The notes below the pieces were generated by a model. It ran no database searches and was not told where the DNA came from. It was given only the letters and a program-made list of their open reading frames with translations. Positions 37,605 through 47,717 of a stretch of 64,000 bases of DNA are shown one piece after another. The position numbers and the translations under genes were made by a program. Source of the DNA: Gemmatimonadales bacterium (GTDB taxonomy: Bacteria > Gemmatimonadota > Gemmatimonadetes > Gemmatimonadales > GWC2-71-9); contig JBBCJC010000002.1 in NCBI GenBank assembly GCA_037189525.1, positions 1,088,001 to 1,152,000 on the forward strand. Reading direction: 5' to 3'. Numbering within the stretch: position 1 is the first letter of the stretch; each line of letters opens with the position of its first letter.

Positions 37605-37713
37605 GACGCCATCCCGAAAAAGCACGCGAGCCCCGCGGATACGGGGCCCTATGATCGAGCATGGAAGATCGGGGGGTGATCGCCGGATGTCTTGAACGAT
37701 CGGCGGGTCGGGC

Positions 37714-38139
37714 CTATCGGCGGAGGGTGAAGCGACCGCTCGCGGCTTTGGGGCCGCCGACCCAGCGCCATTCACCTTCGATGGCGCCGGCTTTCCAACT
37801 GCCGGTCAACTCCGCCTGGCCGGTTTCGCCGTTCGGATTGAGGACGATGCGCACCGCGTCGCCGCGGGTGGCCTGGAGCGTGGCCGGAGCGGCATCAGGC
37901 CCCAGCCCGACCGTCGAGAACGGGATCCGGTAGCTGCCCCGAACCGGCTGGCCCGGACGAGCCGCCACGGCTACGATCGTTCCCGTCACCGTCTTGGTCC
38001 CGCCGGAACCGTCGTCGACGGTAAAGGACGCGGTCCACCGACCGGCCAGTCCGGAGTCCTGGGCAACCGCGCCGATGGCCAGGCCGGTCGAAATGACCAG
38101 CGTTGCCAGCGCAGCAATCAACCAGCGCCGTCGATTCAT
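37714..38139 (-). CDS. Secreted beta-rich hypothetical protein
   Basis: Signal peptide, LAGRW...G.F.L.R pattern; ATGA overlap with dacB. Confidence 0.7.
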   Translation of the reverse strand: MNRRRWLIAALATLVISTGLAIGAVAQDSGLAGRWTASFTVDDGSGGTKTVTGTIVAVAARPGQPVRGSYRIPFSTVGLGPDAAPATLQATRGDAVRIVLNPNGETGQAELTGSWKAGAIEGEWRWVGGPKAASGRFTLRR

Positions 38140-39650
38140 CGATCGCCCCTCGGCTCCCCGCCAAATACGTCCGCCGCCGCCGAGTCGGAGGGGATCACGA
38201 CACCCTCGGCGCCCAGCTGGCGGAATAGAGTCCACTGCGCTTGCCGGGCAGCGGATACGCTGGCCCCGTTGTACATCAGCGAAATCACCAGCACGCCGTC
38301 CGGCCGGCCCAGATACCCGACCAGCGACGCCACGTTCCCTAGCGTGCCGGTCTTGGCGCGAACCACGCCACTCTGGGGCAGGTCGTTACCCAGCCGGCGG
38401 AGCGTGCCCGATCCGTTGGCCGGCAGCAGCATCGGAAAATTCCGCCCCGCCGGAGACTGGGGGAACCGGGCCAGGTACGAAACGAACGTCATCGGCGAGA
38501 CCCGATTGAGATCGGACAGACCGCTGCCGTCCACGATTCGGACACCGGTGTAGTCGCCCGTGATCTGCTGTACATGTGCGGTAAGACGATCGGCCGGCGC
38601 CGGATCACCACGCGCCGCCCAATGGAGGAGCAATTCCGCCCCGAGGTTGAGACTGCGCCGATTGACTTCGCTCGCCACCGAATCGAAGACGGGTGACTGA
38701 ACCTCGGCCATGACCGTGGTGCCCGGGAGTGCAGAGCCGATTGCATCGCTCGGCGTCCATTCGATGCCGGCCTGTTCGAGCGCATGGGTCCACATCGCCT
38801 CGAGCAGCACGCGGGTGTCGGTTGCTGCGCGGGCCAGGCTCCGGGCGCTGGCTCGGGCGCCCAGCGTACCCGCGATCTGATAGCGTCCACCGGGCAGAGT
38901 TTCGATCCGAAGCTGCGACCGCCGCCCTGCCACCGTTTTGGCCGTGACGGTAAACAGCCGGGCGGCACCCGCCGGCGCCGTCGATGCCACCTTCACCGGC
39001 TGCCCCACGCGTCCGGGGGTCACCGTCGCAATGACCAGATTGTCGTGAACGGTCAGGTTCCCCACCGGCGGGGCGAAAACACGTCCCTGGTGCCGCGCCG
39101 ACCAGGTTGCCGGAAAAATCGCTTCGGCCTCACCGCTGGCGCTGACGACTTTGAGTTGGCCCAGCAGCCGGCGGATCCCGCGATCGGCCAGCTGAACGGC
39201 CAGGTCGGTCAGGCTGGTGACCGCCGCGCCCTGGTGCTCGAGGCTCGGGTCGCCGTTCAGTTCCAGCGCCCAGGTGCCCTGCCAGATGCCGGTACCCGGA
39301 TCGACCCGTCCGTCACCGACCACGCGGGTTGAATTTCGGGCGTCGCTGCCGAGGATGCTTCGGGCAAAACCGGTGGTGAGAACTTTGACGGTCGAAGCGG
39401 GAATCATCGGCCGGGTCGGCTGGATACCCCAGACGAGACGGCCCTGCTGGTCGCCGACGGCCACGCCCCAAGTGCCGGGCGCGCGTCGATTGGCTTCAGT
39501 GAACCAAGATTCGAGCTGGGAGCTGAGCGTGACGGGTGATGCTGCCGGATCGGCAGCCGAGGCACGAGCGACCCGAGTCTGAGCGGCAAGGCTGCCGCTC
39601 ACGGCCAGGAGGCCACTGACTCCGATCCATCCCCATCTCGTTCCCGCCAT
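38136..39650 (-). CDS. dacB: D-Ala-D-Ala carboxypeptidase/endopeptidase (PBP4, S13)
   Basis: PASTVK, GDPSL, SLN, DGSGLS..NR, AKTGTL. Confidence 0.92.
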   Translation of the reverse strand: MAGTRWGWIGVSGLLAVSGSLAAQTRVARASAADPAASPVTLSSQLESWFTEANRRAPGTWGVAVGDQQGRLVWGIQPTRPMIPASTVKVLTTGFARSILGSDARNSTRVVGDGRVDPGTGIWQGTWALELNGDPSLEHQGAAVTSLTDLAVQLADRGIRRLLGQLKVVSASGEAEAIFPATWSARHQGRVFAPPVGNLTVHDNLVIATVTPGRVGQPVKVASTAPAGAARLFTVTAKTVAGRRSQLRIETLPGGRYQIAGTLGARASARSLARAATDTRVLLEAMWTHALEQAGIEWTPSDAIGSALPGTTVMAEVQSPVFDSVASEVNRRSLNLGAELLLHWAARGDPAPADRLTAHVQQITGDYTGVRIVDGSGLSDLNRVSPMTFVSYLARFPQSPAGRNFPMLLPANGSGTLRRLGNDLPQSGVVRAKTGTLGNVASLVGYLGRPDGVLVISLMYNGASVSAARQAQWTLFRQLGAEGVVIPSDSAAADVFGGEPRGDR

Positions 39651-39699
39651 TACCCCGCCCTTCCCGCGGGGTGATATGGCCGCGGACCAGGAACCGTCA

Positions 39700-40863
39700 C
39701 TATCGCAACATCGCCTTGGCGATGGTCTGCAACTGCATATTGCTCGTCCCCTCATAAATCGTGCCAATTTTGGCATCGCGGTAGAACTTTTCCGCCGGGT
39801 ATTCTTTGGAGTAGCCATATCCTCCAAAGAGTTCGAGCGCTTGTCCGGCGATGCGATTCGCGACCTGGGACGAGAACAACTTGGCCATGGCGGCCTCTTC
39901 AGTAAACGGCAGCGACTGATCTTTGAGACGCGCCGCATTATAGACCAGCAGCCGCGCAGCCTCCAGTTCGACTTTCATCTGGGCAATCTGGAACTGGACG
40001 CCCTGAAAATCCGCGATCGCCTTGCCGAACTGTTTCCGCTCTTGAATGTATTGCACACAGGCGTCGAGCGCTCCCTGCGCAATACCGATCATCTGCGCCC
40101 CGATTCCGATTCGGCCCTCGTTGAGCGTTTCGATTGCCACCTTGTACCCGACGCCGACCGGGCCGAGCACGTTGGCCGAGGGGACTTTGCAGCCTTCGAG
40201 GATCAGTTCCGTCGTGCTGGACGCCCGAATCCCCAGCTTGTTCTCCTTCTTGCCGACCGAGAAGCCGGGGAAATCACGCTCGACGAGGAAGGCGGTGATG
40301 CCCTTGTAGCCCTTCGAAAAATCGGTGTTGGCAAAGACGATGAAAATGCCGGCCTCGGCGCCGTTGGTGATCCAGAACTTCCGGCCGGTCAGTTCCCAGT
40401 CGTCGCCGACTTTGTCCGCTTTACACTGTAGGGCAAACGCATCGCTGCCGCTGGCCGGCTCGGACAGGGCGTACGCGCCGAGCAGGTCCGTCAGTGTCCG
40501 AGGGAAAAGGCGGGCTTTCTGCTCGTCGGTGGCCCAGCGAAGGATCGCGTTGTTGAAGAGCGTGTTGTGGACGTCGACGTAGATGGCGGCCGATGCGTCG
40601 ACCCGGGCCAGCTCTTCGATTGCCAGCGTCGCCATGAAGATCGAGCCGCCGGCCCCGCCGTACTCTTCCGGCACCTCGACGCCCATCAGGCCCAGTTCGA
40701 AGAACTTGGCGAGCAGGTCGGGGCGGAATTTGCCCGCCTCATCCATTTCCATGACGTGGGGCTTGATCTCCGTCTCGGCAAAATCGCGGATCGTATCCCG
40801 GAACAACTGCTCTTCTTCCGAGAGGACGGACAGCGCGGGGGTGGGGGCGGCAATGCTGGACAT
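39700..40863 (-). CDS. Acyl-CoA dehydrogenase (short/branched chain)
   Basis: ALSEPASGSDA, G.KFWITN, KLGIRASST, GRIGIGAQ, RKQFG, IYEGTSN.Q. Confidence 0.95.
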   Translation of the reverse strand: MSSIAAPTPALSVLSEEEQLFRDTIRDFAETEIKPHVMEMDEAGKFRPDLLAKFFELGLMGVEVPEEYGGAGGSIFMATLAIEELARVDASAAIYVDVHNTLFNNAILRWATDEQKARLFPRTLTDLLGAYALSEPASGSDAFALQCKADKVGDDWELTGRKFWITNGAEAGIFIVFANTDFSKGYKGITAFLVERDFPGFSVGKKENKLGIRASSTTELILEGCKVPSANVLGPVGVGYKVAIETLNEGRIGIGAQMIGIAQGALDACVQYIQERKQFGKAIADFQGVQFQIAQMKVELEAARLLVYNAARLKDQSLPFTEEAAMAKLFSSQVANRIAGQALELFGGYGYSKEYPAEKFYRDAKIGTIYEGTSNMQLQTIAKAMLR

Positions 40864-41017
40864 AGAGGGACTCCACAAGTGATCGTCGGGTAACCTCCTA
40901 ACATAGTGCGACCGGCGGCTCGTGGTGAAGCCGTCCCGGCCCCTGCTTTCGCCGTCCGCGAACTGTGCAACTCCGAGCCACGCGGGCATCTCCCGGACCC
41001 CACATTATGGAGACCCC

Positions 41018-42880
41018 ATGCGAGGCCCCACGTCGTTGGCGCTGTTGGCAGGACTGTTCCTGAGTGCGACCCCTGAGATCAGGGAACAACCGGTTGGTAC
41101 CATCGAGGGCATTGTCCGGGACCCCAATGCCGCTCCGATTGCGGGGGCCGTCGTGGTGGTCGAGGGCACCGGGGCCCGGGCCACCTCCGATCGGGCGGGG
41201 CGCTACCTCCTGTCCGGCGTGCCCGCGGGACCGGTCGATTTGACCGTCCGGGCCGTCGGATATGTCCTCGAACGGAGACGGGTTGACCTCGGGAGTGGAC
41301 AGCGCCGAACCGTCGATTTCGTCCTGGCACCGGTTCCGGTCCAGCTCAACGAGACCGTGGTGACCCAGGCGCATCCCGCGTCGCCGCGCGCCGAGAAAAT
41401 GATGGCCCGGTCGGCGGCGGGGGTTTTCTACGCCCCGCGCGACTTCAATATCGAGGAGTACCGGCATTTTCGCGACAACGACTGGACCTCGCCCAGCCGG
41501 CAGCCGCTGTCCACCTTCGCGGTGGACGTCGATGCCGGCAGCTACGGAAATGTCCGCCGCTTCCTCAAGGAAGGACGCCTTCCGCCCAAGGATGCGGTCC
41601 GCGTCGAAGAAATGATCAACTACTTCCGCTATGACTATGCGGCCCCGCGGAGCGGTCAGCCGATTGCCGTAACGACCGAACTGGCCCGGTCGCCCTGGAA
41701 TCCGAGCCATCGTCTGGCGCTGATCGGGTTGCAGACGGAACCGCTGGCCCTCGAAAATCTGCCACCGAGCAATCTCGTTTTCCTAATTGACGTGAGCGGG
41801 TCGATGTCGAGCCCGGACAAGCTGCCGCTGGTCAAGGCCGCGTTCCGGCTCCTCGTAAACGAACTCCGGGACGACGATCGCGTGGCCATCGTGGTCTACG
41901 CTGGCGCCGCCGGTGTAGTGCTGCCCTCGACCAGCGGACGGGAAAAGACCCGGATCCTCGATGCCCTGGAGCAACTCCAGGCCGGCGGGTCGACGGCCGG
42001 CGGAGCGGGGATCAAGCTCGCCTACCAGGTGGCGCGTGAACACTTTGCCCGCGAGGGGAACAACCGCGTCATCCTCGCGAGCGACGGCGATTTCAACGTG
42101 GGCGCGTCGAGCGAGGGTGAACTGGTCCGGTTGATCGAGGCCGAACGTCGCGGAGGCGTCTTCCTCACCGTGCTCGGCTTTGGCACCGGCAATCTGAAGG
42201 ACGCCAAGATGGAGCAGCTGGCCAACAAGGGGAACGGCCACTATGCCTACGTCGACGATCTGCTCGAGGCCAAGAAAGTCTTCGTGCAGGAACTCGGCGC
42301 CACGCTCCACACCGTGGCCAAGGACGTGAAAATCCAGGTCGAATTCAATCCGGCGCGGGTCAAGTCGTATCGGTTGGTGGGCTACGAAAATCGCCTGCTC
42401 GCCGACCGGGACTTCAACGACGACACCAAGGATGCCGGCGAGATGGGGGCGGGACATGCGGTGACCGCTCTCTACGAAATCGTGCCCGCCGACGGCGACG
42501 ATCGGAGCGGTTCCGTCGATCCGCTCAGGTATCAGCGGCCTCGCGCAGGTAGCGGTTCCGATGACTGGTTTACCGTCAAGGTTCGCTACCAGCGGCCGGA
42601 GGGATCTCCCAGCCGCTTGATCGAACATGCCGTCCGGCAGGAAAGCGCTCGTCCGTCGGCCGACTTCCGCTTTGCCGGCGCCGTCGCCGGGTTCGGGATG
42701 TTGCTGCGGGATTCGGAGCACAAGGGCAACGCCTCGTACGATGCCGTGATTGCCGCGGCGCGTGGAGCCAAAGGCGCGGACACCGAAGGCTATCGGGCCG
42801 AGTTCATCCGGCTGGTCGAAATGGCGGCACGAGTGGGCGGCCCGGGACGGGAACTCTCGGAAGGGCGCCGGGAGCGTTAG
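41018..42880 (+). CDS. Secreted vWA-domain protein (YfbK-like) with N-terminal carboxypeptidase-regulatory-like domain
   Basis: PLSTF.VDVD..SY, MIDAS DVSGS, DGDFNVG, AKDVKIQVEFNP, YRLVGYENR. Confidence 0.9.
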   Translation: MRGPTSLALLAGLFLSATPEIREQPVGTIEGIVRDPNAAPIAGAVVVVEGTGARATSDRAGRYLLSGVPAGPVDLTVRAVGYVLERRRVDLGSGQRRTVDFVLAPVPVQLNETVVTQAHPASPRAEKMMARSAAGVFYAPRDFNIEEYRHFRDNDWTSPSRQPLSTFAVDVDAGSYGNVRRFLKEGRLPPKDAVRVEEMINYFRYDYAAPRSGQPIAVTTELARSPWNPSHRLALIGLQTEPLALENLPPSNLVFLIDVSGSMSSPDKLPLVKAAFRLLVNELRDDDRVAIVVYAGAAGVVLPSTSGREKTRILDALEQLQAGGSTAGGAGIKLAYQVAREHFAREGNNRVILASDGDFNVGASSEGELVRLIEAERRGGVFLTVLGFGTGNLKDAKMEQLANKGNGHYAYVDDLLEAKKVFVQELGATLHTVAKDVKIQVEFNPARVKSYRLVGYENRLLADRDFNDDTKDAGEMGAGHAVTALYEIVPADGDDRSGSVDPLRYQRPRAGSGSDDWFTVKVRYQRPEGSPSRLIEHAVRQESARPSADFRFAGAVAGFGMLLRDSEHKGNASYDAVIAAARGAKGADTEGYRAEFIRLVEMAARVGGPGRELSEGRRER

Positions 42881-42962
42881 TTGTGCCATTGCGACAGGGG
42901 CGGGCCGTCTGTCTATTGGTGAAGGGGCAGGCGGCCCCGCTCCTCTTGCTGGAAGGTGCTCG

Positions 42963-43385
42963 ATGCGTACTCTGATTCCTGTGCTGGTGCTGGTGGCGTC
43001 TGCTTGCTCGGCAGGGGCGCCGCCGGAGTCGACGCCCACCCCGCGGCCGGACGCGCCTGTGACCCCGCCGCCTCCGACCGACACCAATCGGGCCGCTCCG
43101 CCCCCGCCGGAGACGTCGCCCGATGCGGCCAAGCCCTGGCGCGGTACCGTCACCTATCGCTGTTCCGGTGATCGGCTGATCGAAACCAACTACGCCGACG
43201 ACGGCACCGTCGAGGTGCGCTGGAACGGCCGATGGTACACTCTTCGTCCGCAGCAGGCGGCATCCGGCGCGCTCTATGCCAACAGCTCGCTCCGGTGGCA
43301 CACCAAGGGTGAGTCGGCCAACCTGGAAGAGCGAGGCCGGATGGTGGCGTCGGATTGCTCGGTGCGTTCGCGCGGTTCGGACTGA
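42963..43385 (+). CDS. MliC-family (lysozyme inhibitor-like) lipoprotein
   Basis: Lipobox ASAC, Pro-rich linker, YRC...AASGALY....WHTKG..A.L........C. Confidence 0.85.
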   Translation: MRTLIPVLVLVASACSAGAPPESTPTPRPDAPVTPPPPTDTNRAAPPPPETSPDAAKPWRGTVTYRCSGDRLIETNYADDGTVEVRWNGRWYTLRPQQAASGALYANSSLRWHTKGESANLEERGRMVASDCSVRSRGSD

Positions 43386-43565
43386 CCGGCGCGCCGTAAT
43401 CGTTTCGGCGCTAATCTGCTATCTCCTTCCCGAGTAATCGGTTACCGGCCCGCGTCAGGGCCCGGATCCGCCGTAAGTGTCCCGTAAGCTCTCAGGTCGA
43501 GATTGGATGCGTCGCCGGGCCGAATGGCCCGGCGCGAATCTCGAATGCGGAAGGCTGGGCTTCAT

Positions 43566-44597
43566 ATGGCAGGGCAGGGATGGCGGATCGGGATATTGGT
43601 GCGCGCCGCGGTGCTGGCGGCCGTCGTGTCGGGATGCGGCGGCGATCCGGTAGAGCCGGAGGAGATGGTGGTCGTCGCAGTCTTTTCCGCAGGGGCGGGG
43701 AGCGGGACGGTGACGATCACGCCGTCCACGACCACGTGCACCATCGTCGATGGTGCCGCGGGGGACACCTGCGGAGCGGCGGTCGCGGTCGGCGCCAATG
43801 TCGTCCTCAAGGCGGTGCCGGCAGCCGGGCACAGCTTTGCCGGGTGGGGTGACGATTGCGTCGCGGCGACGACCGATACCTGCTCGCTCCGTGCCGACCT
43901 GCCCCTCTCGGTTAGCGTCACCTTCACGCCAGTTGCGCAGCTGCCGGTGGAGGAGGTCAGGCTGGATCGGACCTCGCTTCGGTTGGGCCTCGGTCAGTCC
44001 GCGAGCCTGGCGGCCCGGGTCTTCGGGCCTGGGGGCGTCGAGCTGGTGGGCCGGCCCGTCACCTGGTCGACCGATGCGCCGAATGTCGTCAACATCCTCG
44101 ACGGCAACATCGCACCCGGCCTGCCGGGGACGGCCATCGTTACCGCAGCGAGCGGCGGCAAGACTGCGACCATGACGGTCGAGGTTCCGGCGCGGGTGAT
44201 GCACGATCTCGCCGAGGTCAACGGAATGGCGCTGCCGGGGGTGATCGAGCTGGAGCAGGTGCTTGGTGAGAACGGCGATCTCTTCGACGTCCGCGTGACC
44301 GCGATTCGCGGGCAGCTCGACGTCGACACGACCACTAACTGGTACCGGCAGCAGATCCGGGTGCAAATCGACGTGCGGCTCGTCACGACCCCCGAGCGCG
44401 AGTTCGAGTTCGACAGCTGGTCGAACTGGTTCGATCACGGCCGAATCGTGTCACAGGGCGCCGACCGCGGGCGTTTTATCTCGGAGTATCTGGAAGGCCG
44501 CGTGGCCGACTACGAACGGACGGCCACCGGGTTCGTGGTCGAGCAGACCGTCGAGCCGAGTGCTATCCCTGCACACTTCCGGTTCGCCCGTCGCTGA
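43566..44597 (+). CDS. Lipoprotein with divergent InlB-B-repeat-like and Big_2 Ig-like domains
   Basis: Lipobox VSGC; L.A.P.AG..FAGW...C.....C; VTWST..P.V..I..G......G.A.VTA. Confidence 0.78.
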   Translation: MAGQGWRIGILVRAAVLAAVVSGCGGDPVEPEEMVVVAVFSAGAGSGTVTITPSTTTCTIVDGAAGDTCGAAVAVGANVVLKAVPAAGHSFAGWGDDCVAATTDTCSLRADLPLSVSVTFTPVAQLPVEEVRLDRTSLRLGLGQSASLAARVFGPGGVELVGRPVTWSTDAPNVVNILDGNIAPGLPGTAIVTAASGGKTATMTVEVPARVMHDLAEVNGMALPGVIELEQVLGENGDLFDVRVTAIRGQLDVDTTTNWYRQQIRVQIDVRLVTTPEREFEFDSWSNWFDHGRIVSQGADRGRFISEYLEGRVADYERTATGFVVEQTVEPSAIPAHFRFARR

Positions 44598-44770
44598 ACA
44601 GGTCGAGCACGCCGCCGGAAGCCGGGGAATCAGGCACCTATCCAGAGGGGTGCGATCGGCAACTTGTTCCTAACCCGTGTTGACACTCCATGGCCTTTGT
44701 CGCAGCTTATCAGAAGCCCCGTGAGGTCGGGAGAACGGTCTCGATGGTCAGTGGTCTGTTGCAGCCCGGC

Positions 44771-45328
44771 ATGACGGTTTCGCGTTCAATCCTGACTCGT
44801 ATCGTCACTGGTGCCGCCATCGCTGTCGTCTGCTGTGCCACCGCTGCCGAGGCGCAACGAGAGCGTGGTGTCGAAGCGGTCGGTGGCCTGAGCCTCGGTG
44901 GAGCACATCAGCGGACGGGTTTTGTGGGGACGCTTCGATACCACCGTCACTCCCCTAATGGCTTGACGGTGGTTCCGCAGATCACGGTAATTCACATGGC
45001 CAGCCGAGTGCCCGACCGATCCACATTCGGTATCGCGGAAGTGTTCGGCGCCCAGGAGGTCACACAGAAACGGCTTCGGCCCGTCATCGGAGGAGGGGCC
45101 GGGATTGTGGTCTGCTGTGGCGGATTAGTCCGGCCAACCCTCCACGCCATGGAAGGGTTCGAGTTCGACCTCGATCGGCGATGGATGCTGCAGTTCGAAA
45201 TCCGGCAGCGTACCCTCCCGCAGCAAACGCCTTCCTTCGAGATGGCCGTTGGAGCGACGGCGCGCCTGTCGTCGCCCCGCGGTCCGGCCGCGTCCGATAG
45301 GCCCACGAGCCGCGCCCGCCTACCGTGA
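44771..45328 (+). CDS. Hypothetical secreted/outer-membrane beta protein
   Basis: Signal peptide ending AEA-Q and alternating beta-strand pattern; start uncertain, 3' end overlaps yitJ by 9 nt. Confidence 0.5.
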   Translation: MTVSRSILTRIVTGAAIAVVCCATAAEAQRERGVEAVGGLSLGGAHQRTGFVGTLRYHRHSPNGLTVVPQITVIHMASRVPDRSTFGIAEVFGAQEVTQKRLRPVIGGGAGIVVCCGGLVRPTLHAMEGFEFDLDRRWMLQFEIRQRTLPQQTPSFEMAVGATARLSSPRGPAASDRPTSRARLP

Positions 45329-47161
45329 TGCGGAGCCGCTGAGCACGTCGAGCACCACCGGGACTCGGCCAAGCGGGGCCGACACCTGGGCGCCCTGGAC
45401 GCGGTCCCGCACCGCGGCAAGCATTTCACGACCGATTGCCACCCCTTCCGCCAGGGCCGCCTCCTTGCCACGTTCACTGGCGGTGCGCATCCGATCCAGA
45501 ATATGCGCAGGCACCGTCACCCCGGGAACTTCGTTGGCCAGAAACTCGGCGTTGCGCAGCGAGACCAGTGGCCAGATCCCGGCAATGATCGGCAGTCGGA
45601 ACGATTCGACCTGCTTGAGGAAGCGGTCGAGCTGATCCAGGTCGAAGACCGGCTGTGTAATGGCAAACTCGGCGCCGGCTTCGACCTTCCATGCCAGCCG
45701 CCGGAGTTCACGATCGGGATCGACGGCCGCCGGATTGACACCCACCCCGATCACGAAGCGGGTCGGCTGGCCGAGCGGATTTTTGCCGGGGTCGAGACCG
45801 CGGTTCAGCTGGCTCACCAGGTTGGCCAGGCCGATGCTGTCGATGTCGAACACCGCCGTCGCGTCCGGATACGGCCCCATCTTGGGCGGGTCGCCGGTGA
45901 CCAGCAGCAGGTTGCGGAGACCCGCGGCCGCGGCGCCCAGCAGGTCGCTCAGCATGCCCAGCAGGTTGCGGTCGCGACAGGCGTAGTGGACCACCGATTC
46001 GATGCCCACCTGCTGCTCGATCATCAGCCCGGACAAGAGGGCGCCCATCCGGCTCTGCGCCCGGGGGCCGTCGGGCACGTTGACCGCGTCGACCCCTGCC
46101 TGCTTGAGCGCCCGGCACTGATCCAGCATCGGGGTCGGGTCGGTCCCCCTCGGCGGGACGATTTCGACCGTCGTGATGAACTCGCCCCGCGCCAGCTTGG
46201 CACCATAGCGCGACCGCTCGGCCAACGGGGTCGGTTCCACTCCCCCGGCCACCGGCTCTGCCGGTCCGGTAACGACGACCTGATGCGGCGCCACCGACTT
46301 GACGAAGTTCTTGATGGTCTTGATGTGATCCGGCGTCGTTCCGCAGCAACCGCCGACGAACCGGGCCCCCGCTTCCACCATCCGACGGGCGTACTCGGCC
46401 ATGTACTCCGGGCTCGCCATGTAGATCTTGCGGTCGCCCACCTCGCGGGGAAGTCCGGCATTCGGCTGGGCCGAAATCGGGACTCGTACCACCGGGGCCA
46501 GCCGCTCGACCACTTCGAGGATGGTCTGCGGACCGACCGAACAGTTGACGCCGATCACGTCGGCGCCCGCCGCTTCGAGGGCAGGGCCGAACGCCTCGGG
46601 TTCGCTGCCGTAGGCGGTGCGGCCGTCCTGCCCGACGGTCATCTGGACCACGATCGGCAGGTCGCTCACCCGGCGGATTCCGGCCAGGGCGGCGCGGGCC
46701 TCTTCCAGGTCGCTGAAGGTTTCGAGGATGAAGCCGTCGACAACACCGGCGACGAGGCCGGCCGCTTGCCTTGCAAATGCCGCTTCTGCTTCCGCGGCCG
46801 ATGTCTCACCCAGCGGCTCGAGCCGGACGCCGAGTGGTCCGATGGCCCCGACGACCGCGGCGCGGCCGTCGGCGGCCTCGCGCGCCACCACGGCGGCGGC
46901 CGTGTTCAGCTTTTCGGTGTCATCGGCCAGGCCGTAATGCGCCAGCTTGAACGGGTTGGCCCCGAACGTATTGGTCTCGATCAGCTCGGCGCCGTTCCGG
47001 ATGTACTCGCGATGGATATCGCGGACCAGGTCCGGCTGGCGAACCGCCAGTTCGTCGAAGCAGACGTTGAGGAAGACGCCGCGGCCGTACAGCATCGTCC
47101 CCATTGCCCCATCGAAGACATGGACGGCGCCATCGGCAATCAGGTCTTTGAGTGTCGGCAT
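45320..47161 (-). CDS. yitJ: Bifunctional homocysteine S-methyltransferase / methylenetetrahydrofolate reductase
   Basis: [24 protein letters not shown], then MTHFR VEIVPP, CRDRN, TGDPP, ITQPVFD. Confidence 0.94.
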   Translation of the reverse strand: MPTLKDLIADGAVHVFDGAMGTMLYGRGVFLNVCFDELAVRQPDLVRDIHREYIRNGAELIETNTFGANPFKLAHYGLADDTEKLNTAAAVVAREAADGRAAVVGAIGPLGVRLEPLGETSAAEAEAAFARQAAGLVAGVVDGFILETFSDLEEARAALAGIRRVSDLPIVVQMTVGQDGRTAYGSEPEAFGPALEAAGADVIGVNCSVGPQTILEVVERLAPVVRVPISAQPNAGLPREVGDRKIYMASPEYMAEYARRMVEAGARFVGGCCGTTPDHIKTIKNFVKSVAPHQVVVTGPAEPVAGGVEPTPLAERSRYGAKLARGEFITTVEIVPPRGTDPTPMLDQCRALKQAGVDAVNVPDGPRAQSRMGALLSGLMIEQQVGIESVVHYACRDRNLLGMLSDLLGAAAAGLRNLLLVTGDPPKMGPYPDATAVFDIDSIGLANLVSQLNRGLDPGKNPLGQPTRFVIGVGVNPAAVDPDRELRRLAWKVEAGAEFAITQPVFDLDQLDRFLKQVESFRLPIIAGIWPLVSLRNAEFLANEVPGVTVPAHILDRMRTASERGKEAALAEGVAIGREMLAAVRDRVQGAQVSAPLGRVPVVLDVLSGSASR

Positions 47162-47172
47162 CGGTCCCTCCG

Positions 47173-47206
47173 AAAACGCGAAACCCGAGGCTAAAACGGC
47201 CCCGGG
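47173..47206 (-). terminator. Riboswitch-controlled terminator-like hairpin upstream of yitJ
   Basis: Minus strand CCCGGGGC-CGTTTTA-GCCTCGGG followed by TTTCGCGTTTT. Confidence 0.6.
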
Positions 47207-47211
47207 CGGCG

Positions 47212-47257
47212 TTTTAGCGTTTGTTTAACGTGGCCGCAATCAGCGCAAATCACCACG
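47212..47257 (-). ncRNA. SAM-II (SAM-alpha) riboswitch aptamer
   Basis: Minus strand CGTGGTGATTTGCGCTGATTGCGGCCACGTTAAACAAACGCTAAAA: P1 CGTGG/CCACG, GATTT, TTGC and GCTAAA core; upstream of a methionine gene. Confidence 0.88.
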
Positions 47258-47332
47258 AGTCTCCCCGGCAAGCTAATGCGGTCGTGAAAACCACGCTATC
47301 GGGCGCGGGGCAGCGGGGATGTCGGTTGGATC

Positions 47333-47381
47333 TTGACGGCCCGCATTCTCGTTCGTATTGTGTAACTGAATGGTTACGCAA
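47333..47381 (+). promoter_or_regulatory. Sigma70 promoter with overlapping ArsR operator
   Basis: TTGACG-17bp-TATTGT; inverted repeat TTGTGTAAC-N6-GTTACGCAA (47358-47381) spans the ATG at 47370. Confidence 0.72.
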
Positions 47382-47717
47382 CGATCGACCCGTGTCTTCG
47401 ATGCGATCGCGGATCCCACCCGTCGCGCGATCCTCGATGCCCTGCGACGTGGTCCGTTGGCTGCCGGAGAGATTGCCGATCTCTTTCCCGTGAGCCGGCC
47501 TGCCGTCTCGCGCCACATTCGAATACTCCGGCAGGCAGGGCTCCTGACCGAACGGCGGGCGGCGCAATCGCGGATCTACTCTCTCGACCCAGAGCCGCTC
47601 CGGAGCGTCGAGCAATGGCTGGCCCACTATCGGGTCTTCTGGGCGGCCCGGTTGATGGATCTCAAGCGGCACGTCGAAGCCGAATCCGCCCGTACTTCTA
47701 AGAAGGATGGCCGCTGA
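47370..47717 (+). CDS. ArsR/SmtB family regulator
   Basis: F.AIADPTRR.IL..L, SRPAVS.H.R.L..AGL; lacks Cys metal ligands. Confidence 0.92.
   Translation: MVTQRSTRVFDAIADPTRRAILDALRRGPLAAGEIADLFPVSRPAVSRHIRILRQAGLLTERRAAQSRIYSLDPEPLRSVEQWLAHYRVFWAARLMDLKRHVEAESARTSKKDGR

Noticed and set aside
33224..37679. 632-aa and 647-aa plus-strand ORFs
   Set aside because: Shadows of well-supported minus-strand genes (S41-like, AraC, amidohydrolase).
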